Shown here: one piece after another, positions 30,019-40,420 of the stretch
How the letters are laid out: each line of letters opens with the position of its first letter
Numbering within the stretch: position 1 is the stretch's first letter
From: Alphaproteobacteria bacterium
Lineage (GTDB): Bacteria; Pseudomonadota; Alphaproteobacteria; UBA2966; CAIVPW01
Length of the DNA stretch: 64,000 nucleotides
Direction: 5' to 3'
NCBI GenBank assembly: GCA_016869235.1
Contig: VGER01000004.1
Span: forward strand, 5,454 to 69,453
Made by a program: the position numbers and the translations under genes
The notes under the pieces: model-generated
Seen by the model: only the letters and a program-made list of their open reading frames with translations
Told to the model about the DNA's origin: nothing
Databases searched by the model: none

Positions 30019-30783
30019 ATGCGTAGTTGGCACGAGTGCGTTGTCCTTTCGTTGGTGGTGCCGCTGCTCGCCGCGATGCTGTGGACGGCGGGGACGGCAC
30101 GCACCGCCCGTGCCGCGACGATGACGTTCACCGGCGTGCACACTGGTTGCGGCGCGCCGCCGGAGGCTTTCCAAGGCCACATCGAGGACAACATCGTCGC
30201 GACGCCGGAGGGCTTCGGCACCCTCGCGGCGGCCGGCGCCATCGGCGACGTCGGCCACATGGACGACGGCGGCACCGGGTGTGCGCGCGCGGTGCTGTTC
30301 GAGCTGTTCGAGGCGGCGGCTCTCGCGCCGGACGGTACGCCGGTCGCAAGCGGCCCCCGTCGCTTCGACGCCAAAACCGTGGAGATGCGTCCGCTCGGTC
30401 CGACCGCCTGGTGCGCACCGGAGCACGAGGATGGTTTCTTCTACGGTGATGCCTTCGACAACGTCCGGTGGGAGGGGTTCCGGGGCGCCAGCCTCGTCGC
30501 CAGCCACGCCTTCTTTGTCGGCACTGGCGCACCGTACACCTTCGCCTTCGGCGATCTGTTCCACGACCTCTCGGCGCTGCGCCTGACCGCGCAGTTCCCG
30601 GCACCGGAGCTCGGCGGCACGTGCTGGGACTCGCCGTGCGCCCACTTCGAGGTCGACAACCTTGTGCTCGTCGGCCTCGCGGTGACACCGGTGCCGCTTC
30701 CCGGCGCTCTCGTGCGGCTGGTCGGCGCCCTCGCGGTCCTGGCGGGAGCGGGGCTGCGCCGGACGGCTTCCACGGCGCGCTGA
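30019..30783 (+). CDS. Exported protein with VPLPA/PEP-CTERM-like sorting tail
   Basis: Signal peptide; C-terminal PVPLPGA, hydrophobic helix, then RR. Confidence 0.65.
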   Translation: MRSWHECVVLSLVVPLLAAMLWTAGTARTARAATMTFTGVHTGCGAPPEAFQGHIEDNIVATPEGFGTLAAAGAIGDVGHMDDGGTGCARAVLFELFEAAALAPDGTPVASGPRRFDAKTVEMRPLGPTAWCAPEHEDGFFYGDAFDNVRWEGFRGASLVASHAFFVGTGAPYTFAFGDLFHDLSALRLTAQFPAPELGGTCWDSPCAHFEVDNLVLVGLAVTPVPLPGALVRLVGALAVLAGAGLRRTASTAR

Positions 30784-30960
30784 AGGTTCGCGCCCAAGTC
30801 CTTGTCCTGCCCCGGTATGTCGGTCGGTAGGCAATCCTTGCCCATTGTGACGGCCGAACAGGTTGGTAGAAAGTGATGCCAACCAAGCGACCGCAGGTTG
30901 TGCCCTGATCACAGACCGCGGGAGGAAGCCCGTCGAGGCTACGGGTTCGGGGGCAAGGTC

Positions 30961-31669
30961 GTGACGCCGCAGAAGCTAGTCGACGTCCTGAAGAAGCACG
31001 ATCGCTATGTGCGCGGCCTGAGCGGCGGCGCGCGTGCCGACCTGCGCGGCCAGAACCTCTCCGGCCCGCGTCTCGCTGGCGTCAACCTGCGCGATGCCTC
31101 GCTCGCCATGGCGCGGTTCAACGGAGCGCGTCTCGTCGGCGCCGTGCTCGTCGACGTGGACCTCAGCTCCGCCGACTTGCGCGACGCGACCCGTGAACCT
31201 CACCCTCGCCAGGCTCGCCCCCGAACTGCAGCGTGCACTGCGGGAGCACGCGGTGTGGGCCGACTCCGGCGGCGCCCACGGCATTCGTGCGGTGCTCGAC
31301 GGCCAGGACCTCGCCGGCGTCGAGTTGTCGGGCGCCTATCTTTCGGGGGCCAGCTTGGTACGCTGCAACCTGGCGGACGCCATTCTTTCCGGCGCCAAAC
31401 TGATCCTGGCTGACTTGCGCGAGGCCAACCTCACCGGCGCCGACTTGCGGCGCGCCGACCTCTCCGGCACCGTGCTGGTTGGCGCCAAGCTCGTGCGCGC
31501 CAAGCTCGCCCACGCCGTGCTGAAGCGAGTCGAGCTGCGCGACGGGCAAGGGCGCGCGACCGGCAAAGTAGCCCCCACCAACCTGCGCGGCGCATCGCTG
31601 ATCGACGCCGATCTTAGTTTCGCCGACCTCTCCGAAGCCGCCATCGATCCGCCCGCCGCCGCGGACTGA
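30961..31669 (+). pseudogene. Pentapeptide-repeat protein, +1 frameshift near 31190
   Basis: A(D/N)Lxx repeats begin in the frame of ORF 30898 and continue in the frame of ORF 31034. Confidence 0.8.
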
Positions 31670-31796
31670 CGGCGCTCCGGCCAAGGGGTCTGCCCGGACC
31701 GCGCTCCAGGCTGCGACAGTTTGCGGGTGGTTAATTTCAGCCACTGCGACGTGTCCCCGCGCTAAGATTGAGCATTGGTTCCCGGGGAGGACCGGT

Positions 31797-34130
31797 ATGC
31801 GACGCGGAGCGTGGTTTGCGCTGGCCATAGTCGGCGCGGTGGGAATTCTGCCTGCCCTGCAGGGCTTCGCCCGCGAGAAGGGAGATGACCTTGAGTTCTG
31901 CGCCGAGCAGATCGAGCGGCTCAAGGAAGCGCTCAAAGGCGACATCCCGGACATGAACGTACGCGGCGCCGCCGACGAGGAACTCGGCGAGGCGCTGGAG
32001 GCCTTGGAGGACCGCGACGTCGAGGAATGCGTCGACGCGCTTGAGGAAGCGTTCGAGCACCTCGGCATGTCCCTGCGCGGACCCGCCCCCGCGGCGGTGC
32101 GCCAGGCAGCCATCGACGCCGGCCTGGCGCCGCTTTCGACGGTGGCAATCCCGAGGCCGGCCGACCTCAATGATTACATCCGCCCCGGCCAGGAGCAGGC
32201 GGCGGTGCAACTCGGCAAGGCGCTGTTCTGGGACATGCAGGTCGGCAGCGACGGCAAGGCGTGCGGCTCCTGTCATTTCCACGCGGGCGCCGATAACCGG
32301 CTCAAGAACCAGATCAATCCCGGCACCAAAGGCGGCGACACCAAGTTCGGCGTGACGATCACCGACGCCGGCAAGGCCAAAGGCCTCACCGCGCCGGAGT
32401 TCGGCCCCAACTACGTGCTGAAGGCCGATGACTTCCCGTTGCGGCTGCTCGCCGATGCCGAGGAGCCCAACTACAACAAGCGCGTCCTGCTGCGCGACAC
32501 CAACGACGTGATCTCGTCCCAGGGTGTGATGAAGTGGCGCTTCGACGGCATCGAGGCGGGGGCCGCGCGCGACGTGGGCACGCCCATGGCGGATGATGTC
32601 TTCACTGTCCAGGGCGTCAACACCCGCCGCGTCGAGCCGCGCCATACGCCGACCATGATCAACGCCGTGTTCAACCACGAGCAGTTCTGGGACGGCCGCG
32701 CCAAGAACTTCTTCAACGGCGTCAATCCGTTCGGCCGCATGGACCGCAACGCGAGGATCCTGGTGGTCGAGAACGGCGCCGTCGTGGAGCGCCAGCTCGT
32801 CATGGAGTTCGCCAGTCTCGCTTCCCAGGCGGTCGGTCCGCCGTTGTCGGAAGACGAGATGTCGTACACCGCGCGCACCTTCCCAGACCTCGGCAAGAAG
32901 ATGCTGGCGCTGCGTCCGCTGGCGACGCAGGAGGTGCACCCGCTCGACAGCGTGCTTGGCCCGCTTTCACGCGCCATCAGCGGCCAGCTCGGCCTCACCA
33001 CCGCCACCTACGCCGACATGGTGCGGGCGGTGTTCCAGCCGCTGGTGTGGGAATCCACCCAGGTCGTCACCTTCGAAGGCGACGTGCGCAGCGTGCGTAC
33101 CGCCGCCCAGGTGCCCGCCCACGCCAAGTCGTACAGCCTGATGGAGGCGAATTTCGCGCTGATCTTCGGTCTGGCCATTCAGATGTACGAGTCGACGCTG
33201 ATCTCCGATCAGACTCCGTTCGACGCGTTCCTGGCCGGCGACGACAAGGCGCTCGACGCCGACCAGCTGGTTGGCCTGCTGACCTTCATCAATCGCGGCA
33301 CCCCGGAGCAGAAGTCGAACCCCCTTTTCAAGGGCATCCGCCAGGGCAACTGCGTGGCCTGCCACGTAGGCCCGGAGCTCACCCAGGCGAGCAACACCTT
33401 CATGGGGCGCGGCATCCACCTGTCGGACCAGCCCGCCGCCATGGTCGACGGCCGCCTGGTCGTTGGCACGGGGCGGGGCGCTCTGCTGCTTGACCGGGGT
33501 TTCTCCAACATCGGCGTGCGGCCGACGGCCGAGGACATCGGCCACGGCGGTGCCGAGTTCGGCATCCCGTTCTCGCGCCAGCCCTTGGCGCGGCTCGACC
33601 TGCCGGCCAACGCCTTCGAGGTGCTCGTCGAGGGCCAGATGATGGCGCCGCAGCTCGGGATTCCCGGCTCGTTCAAGATTCCGGGCTTGCGCAACGTCGA
33701 GCTTACCGGGCCGTACTTCCACAACGGCGGCTTGGCGACGCTCGGCCAGGTCGTCGAGTTCTACGATCGCTTTGGCGACTTCGCCGACGTCAACATCAAG
33801 GAGCTCGACGTCAAGATGGCGCTCGTTGACCTTGAGGAGGAGGACGAGGTCGCGCTCATCAAACTGATGATCGCGATGACCGACGAGCGCGTGCGCAACG
33901 AGGCCGCGCCGTTCGACCGGCCGCAGTTGTTCATCCCGATGGGCCACCCCGGCGACCATGCCAAGATCGGCTGCGCCGCCGGATTCCTCCCCTGCGAGGA
34001 TCGCGTCGAGGTGCCGGCCGTCGGCGCGGGCGGCCGCACCGCCAAGGGCCTCCTGCCTTTGCAGCCCTTCCTCAACATCCCCCAACTGAGCACCAAGGGC
34101 GAGGATGACGAAGAAGAGGAGGACGAGTAA
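31797..34130 (+). CDS. Large exported di-heme cytochrome c peroxidase/MauG-superfamily protein
   Basis: Signal peptide, LGKALFWD, CGSCH, QFWDGRA, CVACH, FKIPGLRNVELTGPYFHNG; acidic tail. Confidence 0.88.
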   Translation: MRRGAWFALAIVGAVGILPALQGFAREKGDDLEFCAEQIERLKEALKGDIPDMNVRGAADEELGEALEALEDRDVEECVDALEEAFEHLGMSLRGPAPAAVRQAAIDAGLAPLSTVAIPRPADLNDYIRPGQEQAAVQLGKALFWDMQVGSDGKACGSCHFHAGADNRLKNQINPGTKGGDTKFGVTITDAGKAKGLTAPEFGPNYVLKADDFPLRLLADAEEPNYNKRVLLRDTNDVISSQGVMKWRFDGIEAGAARDVGTPMADDVFTVQGVNTRRVEPRHTPTMINAVFNHEQFWDGRAKNFFNGVNPFGRMDRNARILVVENGAVVERQLVMEFASLASQAVGPPLSEDEMSYTARTFPDLGKKMLALRPLATQEVHPLDSVLGPLSRAISGQLGLTTATYADMVRAVFQPLVWESTQVVTFEGDVRSVRTAAQVPAHAKSYSLMEANFALIFGLAIQMYESTLISDQTPFDAFLAGDDKALDADQLVGLLTFINRGTPEQKSNPLFKGIRQGNCVACHVGPELTQASNTFMGRGIHLSDQPAAMVDGRLVVGTGRGALLLDRGFSNIGVRPTAEDIGHGGAEFGIPFSRQPLARLDLPANAFEVLVEGQMMAPQLGIPGSFKIPGLRNVELTGPYFHNGGLATLGQVVEFYDRFGDFADVNIKELDVKMALVDLEEEDEVALIKLMIAMTDERVRNEAAPFDRPQLFIPMGHPGDHAKIGCAAGFLPCEDRVEVPAVGAGGRTAKGLLPLQPFLNIPQLSTKGEDDEEEEDE

Positions 34131-34144
34131 AGCGTCCCTCAGAC

Positions 34145-35641
34145 CTACCGCAGCGAATTGGCGGCGGCTTCCGCCTCGGCACTGCGCGCCGCCATGCCCA
34201 TCGTGTCGAACAGGTAGGCGGCGATCCGGTAGTTGACCTGAGCCTCGATCGGCTGGGTCGTGCGTAGCGTGTCGCCGAGGCCTTTCAGCGTCCGCGCCTC
34301 GCCCAGGCGATAGCCGGTGGCCTCGAACACCACGCGTGCGCGCACCAGCGTGTCGGCGGCTTCCTCGCCGCGCCCGGTCTCGCGCAGCAGCGACGCCAGA
34401 GCCAGCAGGGCGTCGGCGGCGCCGACCTCGTCGTCGTTCTGGATCAGCATGTCGTGCGCGGCGCGGAAGTTGCGCTCGGCGAGCATGGGATTGCCGCCGC
34501 GCTGTTCGATGCGCCCGAGGGCGATCTGCGCCATGGCCTCGCCGATCTGGTTGCGAGCGGTGCGGTTCATCTCCAGCGCTTGCTGCAGCGCTTGGCGCGA
34601 ATCGGCGCCGGCCAGCGCGTTCATCTCGGCCAGGGCGATCAGCACGTGCGCCTCGGCCTGCGGGTCTCCGAGCTCCCGGATCAGCATCTGTGCGTCGGCA
34701 TACAGCGCGCGCGACGCCTCGTGGCGCTCGACGCCGCGTTCCAGGTCGGCCAGCCCGATGGTGGCGTAGATCTGTCCGAGCACGTCGCGTGCCTCGCGGT
34801 ACAGCACCAGCGCCTTGCCGTAGACCTCCCGCGCCTGCAGCGGCCGCCACGTGCGGTGCTCGAGGCGCGCGAACTCGAGCTGTTCCTGCGCCTCGGCGAT
34901 CGGCTCGCCGGCCTGCTGCGTGGCCAGGATCTGGTTGCGATGCTCGACGCGCTCGGCCTCGAAGTCGTCGGGGTAGTTGCCGGTGACCTCGTCCTGGGTA
35001 CGGCGCGCGAGCGTGGCGCCGGCGGCATCCCCGGTCGTGGTGAAGATCGCCAGCGCTCGCGCCGCGTCACGGCGCGCGGCGAGGATCAGGCCGAGGCGGC
35101 GCTCGGAGTCGGCGCGGCCGAGCAGCGAGCGCGCTTCGCCGCCCCAATCCTGCAGCGCGTGGTAGCGCTCCACGGCCAGGTCGAACACTTCGCGCGCGCG
35201 CTCGTTGTTGAACTGCGCGCGCTCCAGCTCGCCGAGCGCGAAGGTCGCGTCGGCCTGGCCCCTGGCGTCGCCGGCGGCGGCAAACACCGCCTCCGCCTGG
35301 CCTAGCACCTGGCGGCCGCGCTCGCCCTGGCCCATGGCACGGTCGAGGCTGCCCATAGCCAGCAGCGTGCGGCCCTCGCTGGTGCGGTCGCCGTCGCTGC
35401 GGAAGGCGGCCAGCGCCCGCTCGTAGGTCTGCCGCGCCTCCAGGTCGCGGCCGACGTTGGCGGCGCGCTCGGCTTCGCGGAGCAGTTGCTGGCCGCGCGA
35501 CTCGGCGCTGGCGCCTTTGGGCGTGTTGGCGGCGACTGCCGCCTCGGGTGTGGCCTGGGTGTCCTTGCGCGCCTGGTCGCCGCTGTCGCCGCAGGCGGAC
35601 AACGCCAGCGCCCCGGCAAGGGCGAACGAAATGCGTTTCAT
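34145..35641 (-). CDS. TPR-repeat lipoprotein
   Basis: MKR..., lipobox LSAC; about 40-aa helical repeats (D..GEA..L..LG). Confidence 0.8.
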   Translation of the reverse strand: MKRISFALAGALALSACGDSGDQARKDTQATPEAAVAANTPKGASAESRGQQLLREAERAANVGRDLEARQTYERALAAFRSDGDRTSEGRTLLAMGSLDRAMGQGERGRQVLGQAEAVFAAAGDARGQADATFALGELERAQFNNERAREVFDLAVERYHALQDWGGEARSLLGRADSERRLGLILAARRDAARALAIFTTTGDAAGATLARRTQDEVTGNYPDDFEAERVEHRNQILATQQAGEPIAEAQEQLEFARLEHRTWRPLQAREVYGKALVLYREARDVLGQIYATIGLADLERGVERHEASRALYADAQMLIRELGDPQAEAHVLIALAEMNALAGADSRQALQQALEMNRTARNQIGEAMAQIALGRIEQRGGNPMLAERNFRAAHDMLIQNDDEVGAADALLALASLLRETGRGEEAADTLVRARVVFEATGYRLGEARTLKGLGDTLRTTQPIEAQVNYRIAAYLFDTMGMAARSAEAEAAANSLR

Positions 35642-35667
35642 CGTGCCTCTGGGATGTGGCGCCGGCG

Positions 35668-37434
35668 CTAGCGGCCGCGCGGCGGCTCCAGCGCGGCGGC
35701 AAGGCGCTTTTCCACGCGCTCCACCAAAGTCCGCGCCTCGATGTTGTGGTCCGGGAACTCGTCGATATTGGCCTTCACCAGGATCGGATCGGGCTCGACG
35801 TCCTCCGGGTGCGCATCGGGGTTCTCGTAGAAGTTCGTCGCCGGCGGCGGTATGATGTAGACGGCGTCCACCGGCGGCAGGTCGAGGAGGCGATTGGCCT
35901 CGGCGACCTTGTTGGTGATGCCGTTCCACGCCTGCTCGGCGGTGCGGTACGCCACGGCCGCGTCGGCCGAGTTGCCGCCAGCGCGCAGCGCGTCGCCCAA
36001 TCCCAGTTGCGCTTCGACCACGCCCAGCAGTAGGTGCGCGTCCGTCATGCGCTGGGCCCCGTCGCGGAACCCGTTGGCGTCGCTGGCGAGGGCCAATGCG
36101 GCCCGCGCGCGTCCCTCCGCGTTGCGGCTCTGCGCGAACAGGACGTTTGCGGCCTGTCCGTGCTGGTTGGCGGCGTCGGTGTCGCCCATCTCGCGCGCCG
36201 TCGCCGCTGCAGCCACGCGGGCGATGGCTTCTTCTTCTTTCCAGCCGGAGCGCTGCGCGGCGGCGATGGCACGCTCCAGGCTCACGCGGGCGGCGGCGGG
36301 GTTGCCGCCGAAGAGTTCCAGCTGGCCCAGCTTGCGCAGGGCTTCCGCCTCGGCCCGGTTGCCCGACGGTGCGAGTGCTGCCGCGGCGTCGGCGTACTGC
36401 TTGCGGGCCATCTCGAGGCGGCCCTGCAGCCGTTCGAGATCGCCGAACGCAATCGCCGCACGGCCGACGCCGGCCGCGTTGCCTGCTGCGGTGAACAGGG
36501 CGCGGCTCTGTTCCAGGCTCTCGACTGCCTGGCGATTGAAGCCGCGCCGGATGTCGATTGCGGCGATCTGCAGGTTGGCGTCCGCCTCGCGATCCTTGTC
36601 GCCGGCGGCGTTGAACAGGCTGCACGCGTCGGCGAACAGGGCGCGCGCGAGGTCGACGCGGCCCAAGCGGAACTCGAGCTGCGCGGTGATCAGCGCGATG
36701 TCGGCCAAGCCGACCTTGTCGCCGAGCTGGTCGTAGATCTTGCGCGCCTGGTCGAGCGCCGCGCGGGTCCGTTCCTCGCCGTTGCGCAACAGCGGCGCGT
36801 CCTCGATGCCGAGCAGCACGTGCGGATCGCTCTTCGGCTCGGGCGCGCGCTGCCACTGCTGGCGCGCCAGCGCGTAGTACTCCGACGCCTTGGCCCACTG
36901 GAACGTGTCCTTCTCGAGGTCGCCCATGGACGCATACACGCGTGCCACGCCGATGGGGCTGCCGCCTTGCTGATAAAGAGCGAGGGCGGCCGAGTAGCTT
37001 TGGCGCGCCCGCGCGCTCTGCCCGATCATGTGCTCCAGGCGGCCTTCGCCGAGCACGACGGACGCTTCGCCGAGCACGTCCTTGGCGGCGCGATAGGATT
37101 GCCTGGCGCGTTCGTACGTCTTCCGCGCTGCTTCGGTCTGGCCCATGTTGGCTTCGCGCGCCGCCTGAGTCATCAGCGCAGCGGCGGCGTCGCGGTCGGC
37201 GCGCGGCGCGTCCGTGGTCCGGGCGGCAGTCGTCTGCGCCGGCGCGGCTTCTTCGCTCCGCGGCACCTGCGACGCGCCGGCAATGAACAGGGCGATGGCG
37301 ACGAGCGCCGACAGCGACGCGGCGGCGGCGCGCGCCGGGCCGCGAATCAAGACGGCGGCGGCGATGGCCGCGCCGGCGAACAGGAAGGCGGCCAGCCCCC
37401 ACGCCGTCGTCAATGCGCCCACCCACTGGTCCAT
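35668..37434 (-). CDS. Membrane-anchored TPR-repeat protein
   Basis: Two N-terminal TM helices, then about 40-aa TPR-like repeats; paralogous to the downstream gene. Confidence 0.8.
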   Translation of the reverse strand: MDQWVGALTTAWGLAAFLFAGAAIAAAVLIRGPARAAAASLSALVAIALFIAGASQVPRSEEAAPAQTTAARTTDAPRADRDAAAALMTQAAREANMGQTEAARKTYERARQSYRAAKDVLGEASVVLGEGRLEHMIGQSARARQSYSAALALYQQGGSPIGVARVYASMGDLEKDTFQWAKASEYYALARQQWQRAPEPKSDPHVLLGIEDAPLLRNGEERTRAALDQARKIYDQLGDKVGLADIALITAQLEFRLGRVDLARALFADACSLFNAAGDKDREADANLQIAAIDIRRGFNRQAVESLEQSRALFTAAGNAAGVGRAAIAFGDLERLQGRLEMARKQYADAAAALAPSGNRAEAEALRKLGQLELFGGNPAAARVSLERAIAAAQRSGWKEEEAIARVAAAATAREMGDTDAANQHGQAANVLFAQSRNAEGRARAALALASDANGFRDGAQRMTDAHLLLGVVEAQLGLGDALRAGGNSADAAVAYRTAEQAWNGITNKVAEANRLLDLPPVDAVYIIPPPATNFYENPDAHPEDVEPDPILVKANIDEFPDHNIEARTLVERVEKRLAAALEPPRGR

Positions 37435-37524
37435 GCAACGCGCCCCGTGCCGCTTCGCGCCCGGACAGTACCAAATGCGCCGATGCGGCGGAAACGGCAG
37501 CTGCCTGGCTCGGTCTCGGCCGTT

Positions 37525-38706
37525 CTAGTCGTCACCGCCGGCGTGACGGTAGGGACTGTGCTCAGCGAAGTCCGCCATCTCGGCCTCGACGTGTGCCCGC
37601 TCGCGCACCAGGTAGTCCTCCACGGCGGCGCGGAAGCCCGGATCGGCGATCCAGTGGCACGAGTGCGTGCGCGCCGGAAGGTAGCCGCGGGCGAGCTTGT
37701 GGGGCCCCTGCGCCCCGGCCTCGACGCGGGCGAGGCGATGGGCGATCGCATACTCGATCGCCTGGTAGTAGCAGACTTCGAAGTGCAGGGAGCGCTGGTA
37801 CTCCGTGCAGCCCCAGTAGCGCCCATATAGGCCGTCGCTGCCGCGCAGGTTGAGCGCGCCGGCGATGGGCTCGCCCGCCTTGAAGGCGATCACCAGCACC
37901 ACCTCGTCGGCCATGCGCTCGCCGAGCAGCCTGAAGAACGTGCGGTTCAGGTACGGGCGGCCCCATTTGCGGCCGCCGGTGTCCATGTAGAAGGCGAAGA
38001 ACGCGTCCCACAGCGCGGGGGTGATTGCGTCCCCGGTGAAGGTGTCGACGGAGATGGTTCCGCCGGCCAGCGCCTCGGTGCGTTCCTTCTTCACCGCCTT
38101 GCGCTTGCGCGAGGCGAAGGTGGCCAGGAAGTCATCGAACGAGTCGTAGCCGCGGTTGGCCCAGTGGAACTGCTCGCCGGTTCGGGCGCTCAAGCCGCGC
38201 TGCACCATCGCCTCGCTCTCGGCGCCGGTGCAGAAGTTGACGTGCAGCGACGAAGCCCCGGCCTGCTGCGTCTCGGCAATCAGCGCATCCACCAGCGTGC
38301 GGCGCGCCTGACCCACGTCGATGCCGGGCCGAACCAGCAGCCGCGGACCGGGTACGGGGGTGAACGGCACGGCGACCAAAAGCTTAGGGTAGTAGCGGCC
38401 GCCGGCGCGCTCGAACGCTTCGGCCCATCCGTGGTCGAACACGTACTCCCCGTAGCAATGGTCCTTCAGGTACGCGGGTGCGGCCGCCGCGATGCTGCCG
38501 CTCGCGTCCTCCAGGACCATATGATGCGGCGTCCAGCCGGTGCGTCCGCCCACGCATCCGCTGTCCTCGAGGACGCGCAGGAAGCGATGGTGCACGAACG
38601 GGTTGCCCGCGCCCATGCTCGCGCCGGCGCAGGCATCCCAGGCCGTTTCGTCCACCGCCGCGATCCGAGCCACCACCTGGGCACGAACTGCGTCGGAGTC
38701 GCCCAT
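37525..38706 (-). CDS. DUF482 / FemAB-like GNAT-fold protein
   Basis: GEYVFDHGWA, YYPKL..AVPFTP, LYGRYWG, LHFEVCYYQ, EAGAQG.HKL.RG. Confidence 0.9.
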   Translation of the reverse strand: MGDSDAVRAQVVARIAAVDETAWDACAGASMGAGNPFVHHRFLRVLEDSGCVGGRTGWTPHHMVLEDASGSIAAAAPAYLKDHCYGEYVFDHGWAEAFERAGGRYYPKLLVAVPFTPVPGPRLLVRPGIDVGQARRTLVDALIAETQQAGASSLHVNFCTGAESEAMVQRGLSARTGEQFHWANRGYDSFDDFLATFASRKRKAVKKERTEALAGGTISVDTFTGDAITPALWDAFFAFYMDTGGRKWGRPYLNRTFFRLLGERMADEVVLVIAFKAGEPIAGALNLRGSDGLYGRYWGCTEYQRSLHFEVCYYQAIEYAIAHRLARVEAGAQGPHKLARGYLPARTHSCHWIADPGFRAAVEDYLVRERAHVEAEMADFAEHSPYRHAGGDD

Positions 38707-38709
38707 GCG

Positions 38710-39177
38710 TCAGCTGAGCTCGAAGATCGCATCGATTTCCACGACGGCGTCGAGCGGCAGGGAATCCGTGCCAACCGCGAAACGCGCATGGCGGCCCGGC
38801 TCGCCGAAGACTTCGGCCATCAGGTCCGAGGCGCCGTTCAGCACCTGCGGGTGCTCCTTGAAGCCGGTCACCGCGTTGACGAAGCCGCCGAGCTTGATGC
38901 AGCGGCGTACGCGGTCGAGGTCGCCGTCGGCGGCCGCCTTCACTTGGCTCAGGATGTTGATGGCGCACAGGCGGGCGGCGCGCTTGGCGTCCTCGACGCT
39001 CACCGCCGCGCCGACCTTGCCCGCATACTTGAGAGTGCCGGCCTCGGTAGGCAGCTGTCCGGCGATGTAGACGGTGGCGCCGCTGTGCACGAACGGCACG
39101 TAGTTGGCAACCGCCTTGGCAGGCGGCGGCAGGGTTACTCCCAGCTCGCGCAAACGCGCGTCGATCTTACCGGCCAC
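38710..39177 (-). CDS. RidA-family protein
   Basis: ANYVP, GQLP, NGASDL, G.HARFAVG..SLP...VEI. Confidence 0.9.
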   Translation of the reverse strand: MAGKIDARLRELGVTLPPPAKAVANYVPFVHSGATVYIAGQLPTEAGTLKYAGKVGAAVSVEDAKRAARLCAINILSQVKAAADGDLDRVRRCIKLGGFVNAVTGFKEHPQVLNGASDLMAEVFGEPGRHARFAVGTDSLPLDAVVEIDAIFELS

Positions 39178-39307
39178 GGGCTCCTCCCAAGGGACTTCCA
39201 CGTCGGCGCGACCCGGGCCGGGCGCGCGAAGGGACAAGCTTAGCGAGGGATGCGTGTGGGTGCCACAAGGGCGGATTCGGGCGCCGCACCCCAGGCTGGG
39301 CCTGTGC

Positions 39308-39544
39308 CTAGGCGCCCGGCTTGGCGCCAGCACCCGCGCGCTGCAGTGCCATCGCCTCCCACTCCTCGGCGAGCTTCAGCAGGCGGCGGCGAACCCCCTC
39401 GTCCTCGACCCCATCGGCCACGCGTCGCATCGCCTGAGCGCGGGCGTGCCACCGCTCGATTCTGATCCACGCCGACCCTGTGGTTGGTGCGCGCGGCACC
39501 ACCCGCGCTCGCGGGCGATGTAGCGTGGCCGCTACCGGCGACAA
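39308..39544 (-). CDS. Small hypothetical helical protein
   Basis: W..RA..MR.VAD...D...RR.LL.LA.EWE..A pattern; start uncertain. Confidence 0.45.
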   Translation of the reverse strand: MSPVAATLHRPRARVVPRAPTTGSAWIRIERWHARAQAMRRVADGVEDEGVRRRLLKLAEEWEAMALQRAGAGAKPGA

Positions 39545-39605
39545 GCGTCAGCAGGACGGTGGAAACGGCCTGTGGCAATCGACCGCAAGCCGGCACAGGA
39601 ACCGG

Positions 39606-40361
39606 CTAGCTGGCGAGGCGCGTGTAGCGCAGTCCGCGGCTGCGCTTCTGCTTGTAGAGGGCGAGCGAGGCACGCTGGAACAGGCCGGGCAGGGACGTGC
39701 CGACTTCGTAGTTGGCGCAGCCGATGCTTGCCTCGACCGCGACGGTCTCGCCGTCGAAGTCCACGACCGTCTCGCGCAGTTGCGTCTGCAGGCGGCGGGC
39801 GCGATAGACGCCCTCACGCGGGCTGGTGTGGGCGAGCAGCACGGCGAATTGGTCGCCGGCGATGCGGGCCACAAAATCGGTGGTGCGGACGTTCTTGACG
39901 AGAACCTCAGCCATGGCGCGCAGCACCTCGTCGCCGCCGCCGTGGCCGAAGCGGACGTTCACTTCCTTGAAGCGGTCCACGTCGAAGATCGCCAGCACGC
40001 CGGTGTCGCCGTGGCGGTTGGCGCTCTGCAGCACTTCTCGCAGGCGCTCCTCGAGCGCTCGGCGGTTGGCGATGGCGGTGAGGAAATCCGTGCGGGCGAG
40101 GGGAGCGAGGGTGGAGGCCAGGTTGCCGATGTGCTCTTCGAGCACGGCCATGCGCTCCTCGCTGCCCTGTACCATGCTTAGGGCGCGCTCGGGCGCCGCC
40201 AGTTGTCGTGTCTGTTCCGCGCGCGACATGGTGGGATGGCGACAGATGGCGTTGACTATCTGTCCCGCCAGGATGCCCATCCGGCTCTGCTGTGCCGTTG
40301 CGTCGCGCCCGCGGCGCGCCATCTCCAAGTCGTGTTGGACCGCGCTCATGCTCGCACCCAT
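39606..40361 (-). CDS. GGDEF-domain protein with degenerate A-site (AGDQF)
   Basis: TD.LT...NRR, DVD.FK.VN..FGH..GD..L, ASIG, LY.QK. Confidence 0.85.
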   Translation of the reverse strand: MGASMSAVQHDLEMARRGRDATAQQSRMGILAGQIVNAICRHPTMSRAEQTRQLAAPERALSMVQGSEERMAVLEEHIGNLASTLAPLARTDFLTAIANRRALEERLREVLQSANRHGDTGVLAIFDVDRFKEVNVRFGHGGGDEVLRAMAEVLVKNVRTTDFVARIAGDQFAVLLAHTSPREGVYRARRLQTQLRETVVDFDGETVAVEASIGCANYEVGTSLPGLFQRASLALYKQKRSRGLRYTRLAS

Positions 40362-40420
40362 GACCAATCCCCAACTGCGTTCTCTTGCACCGCGGCTTGA
40401 GCGCCGCCGCTTCTTCAAAC

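Noticed and set aside
34145..37474. 1109-aa ORF as a single giant protein
   Set aside because: The N-terminal part is an Arg-rich off-frame shadow of 35668-37434; the real lipoprotein starts at 35641.
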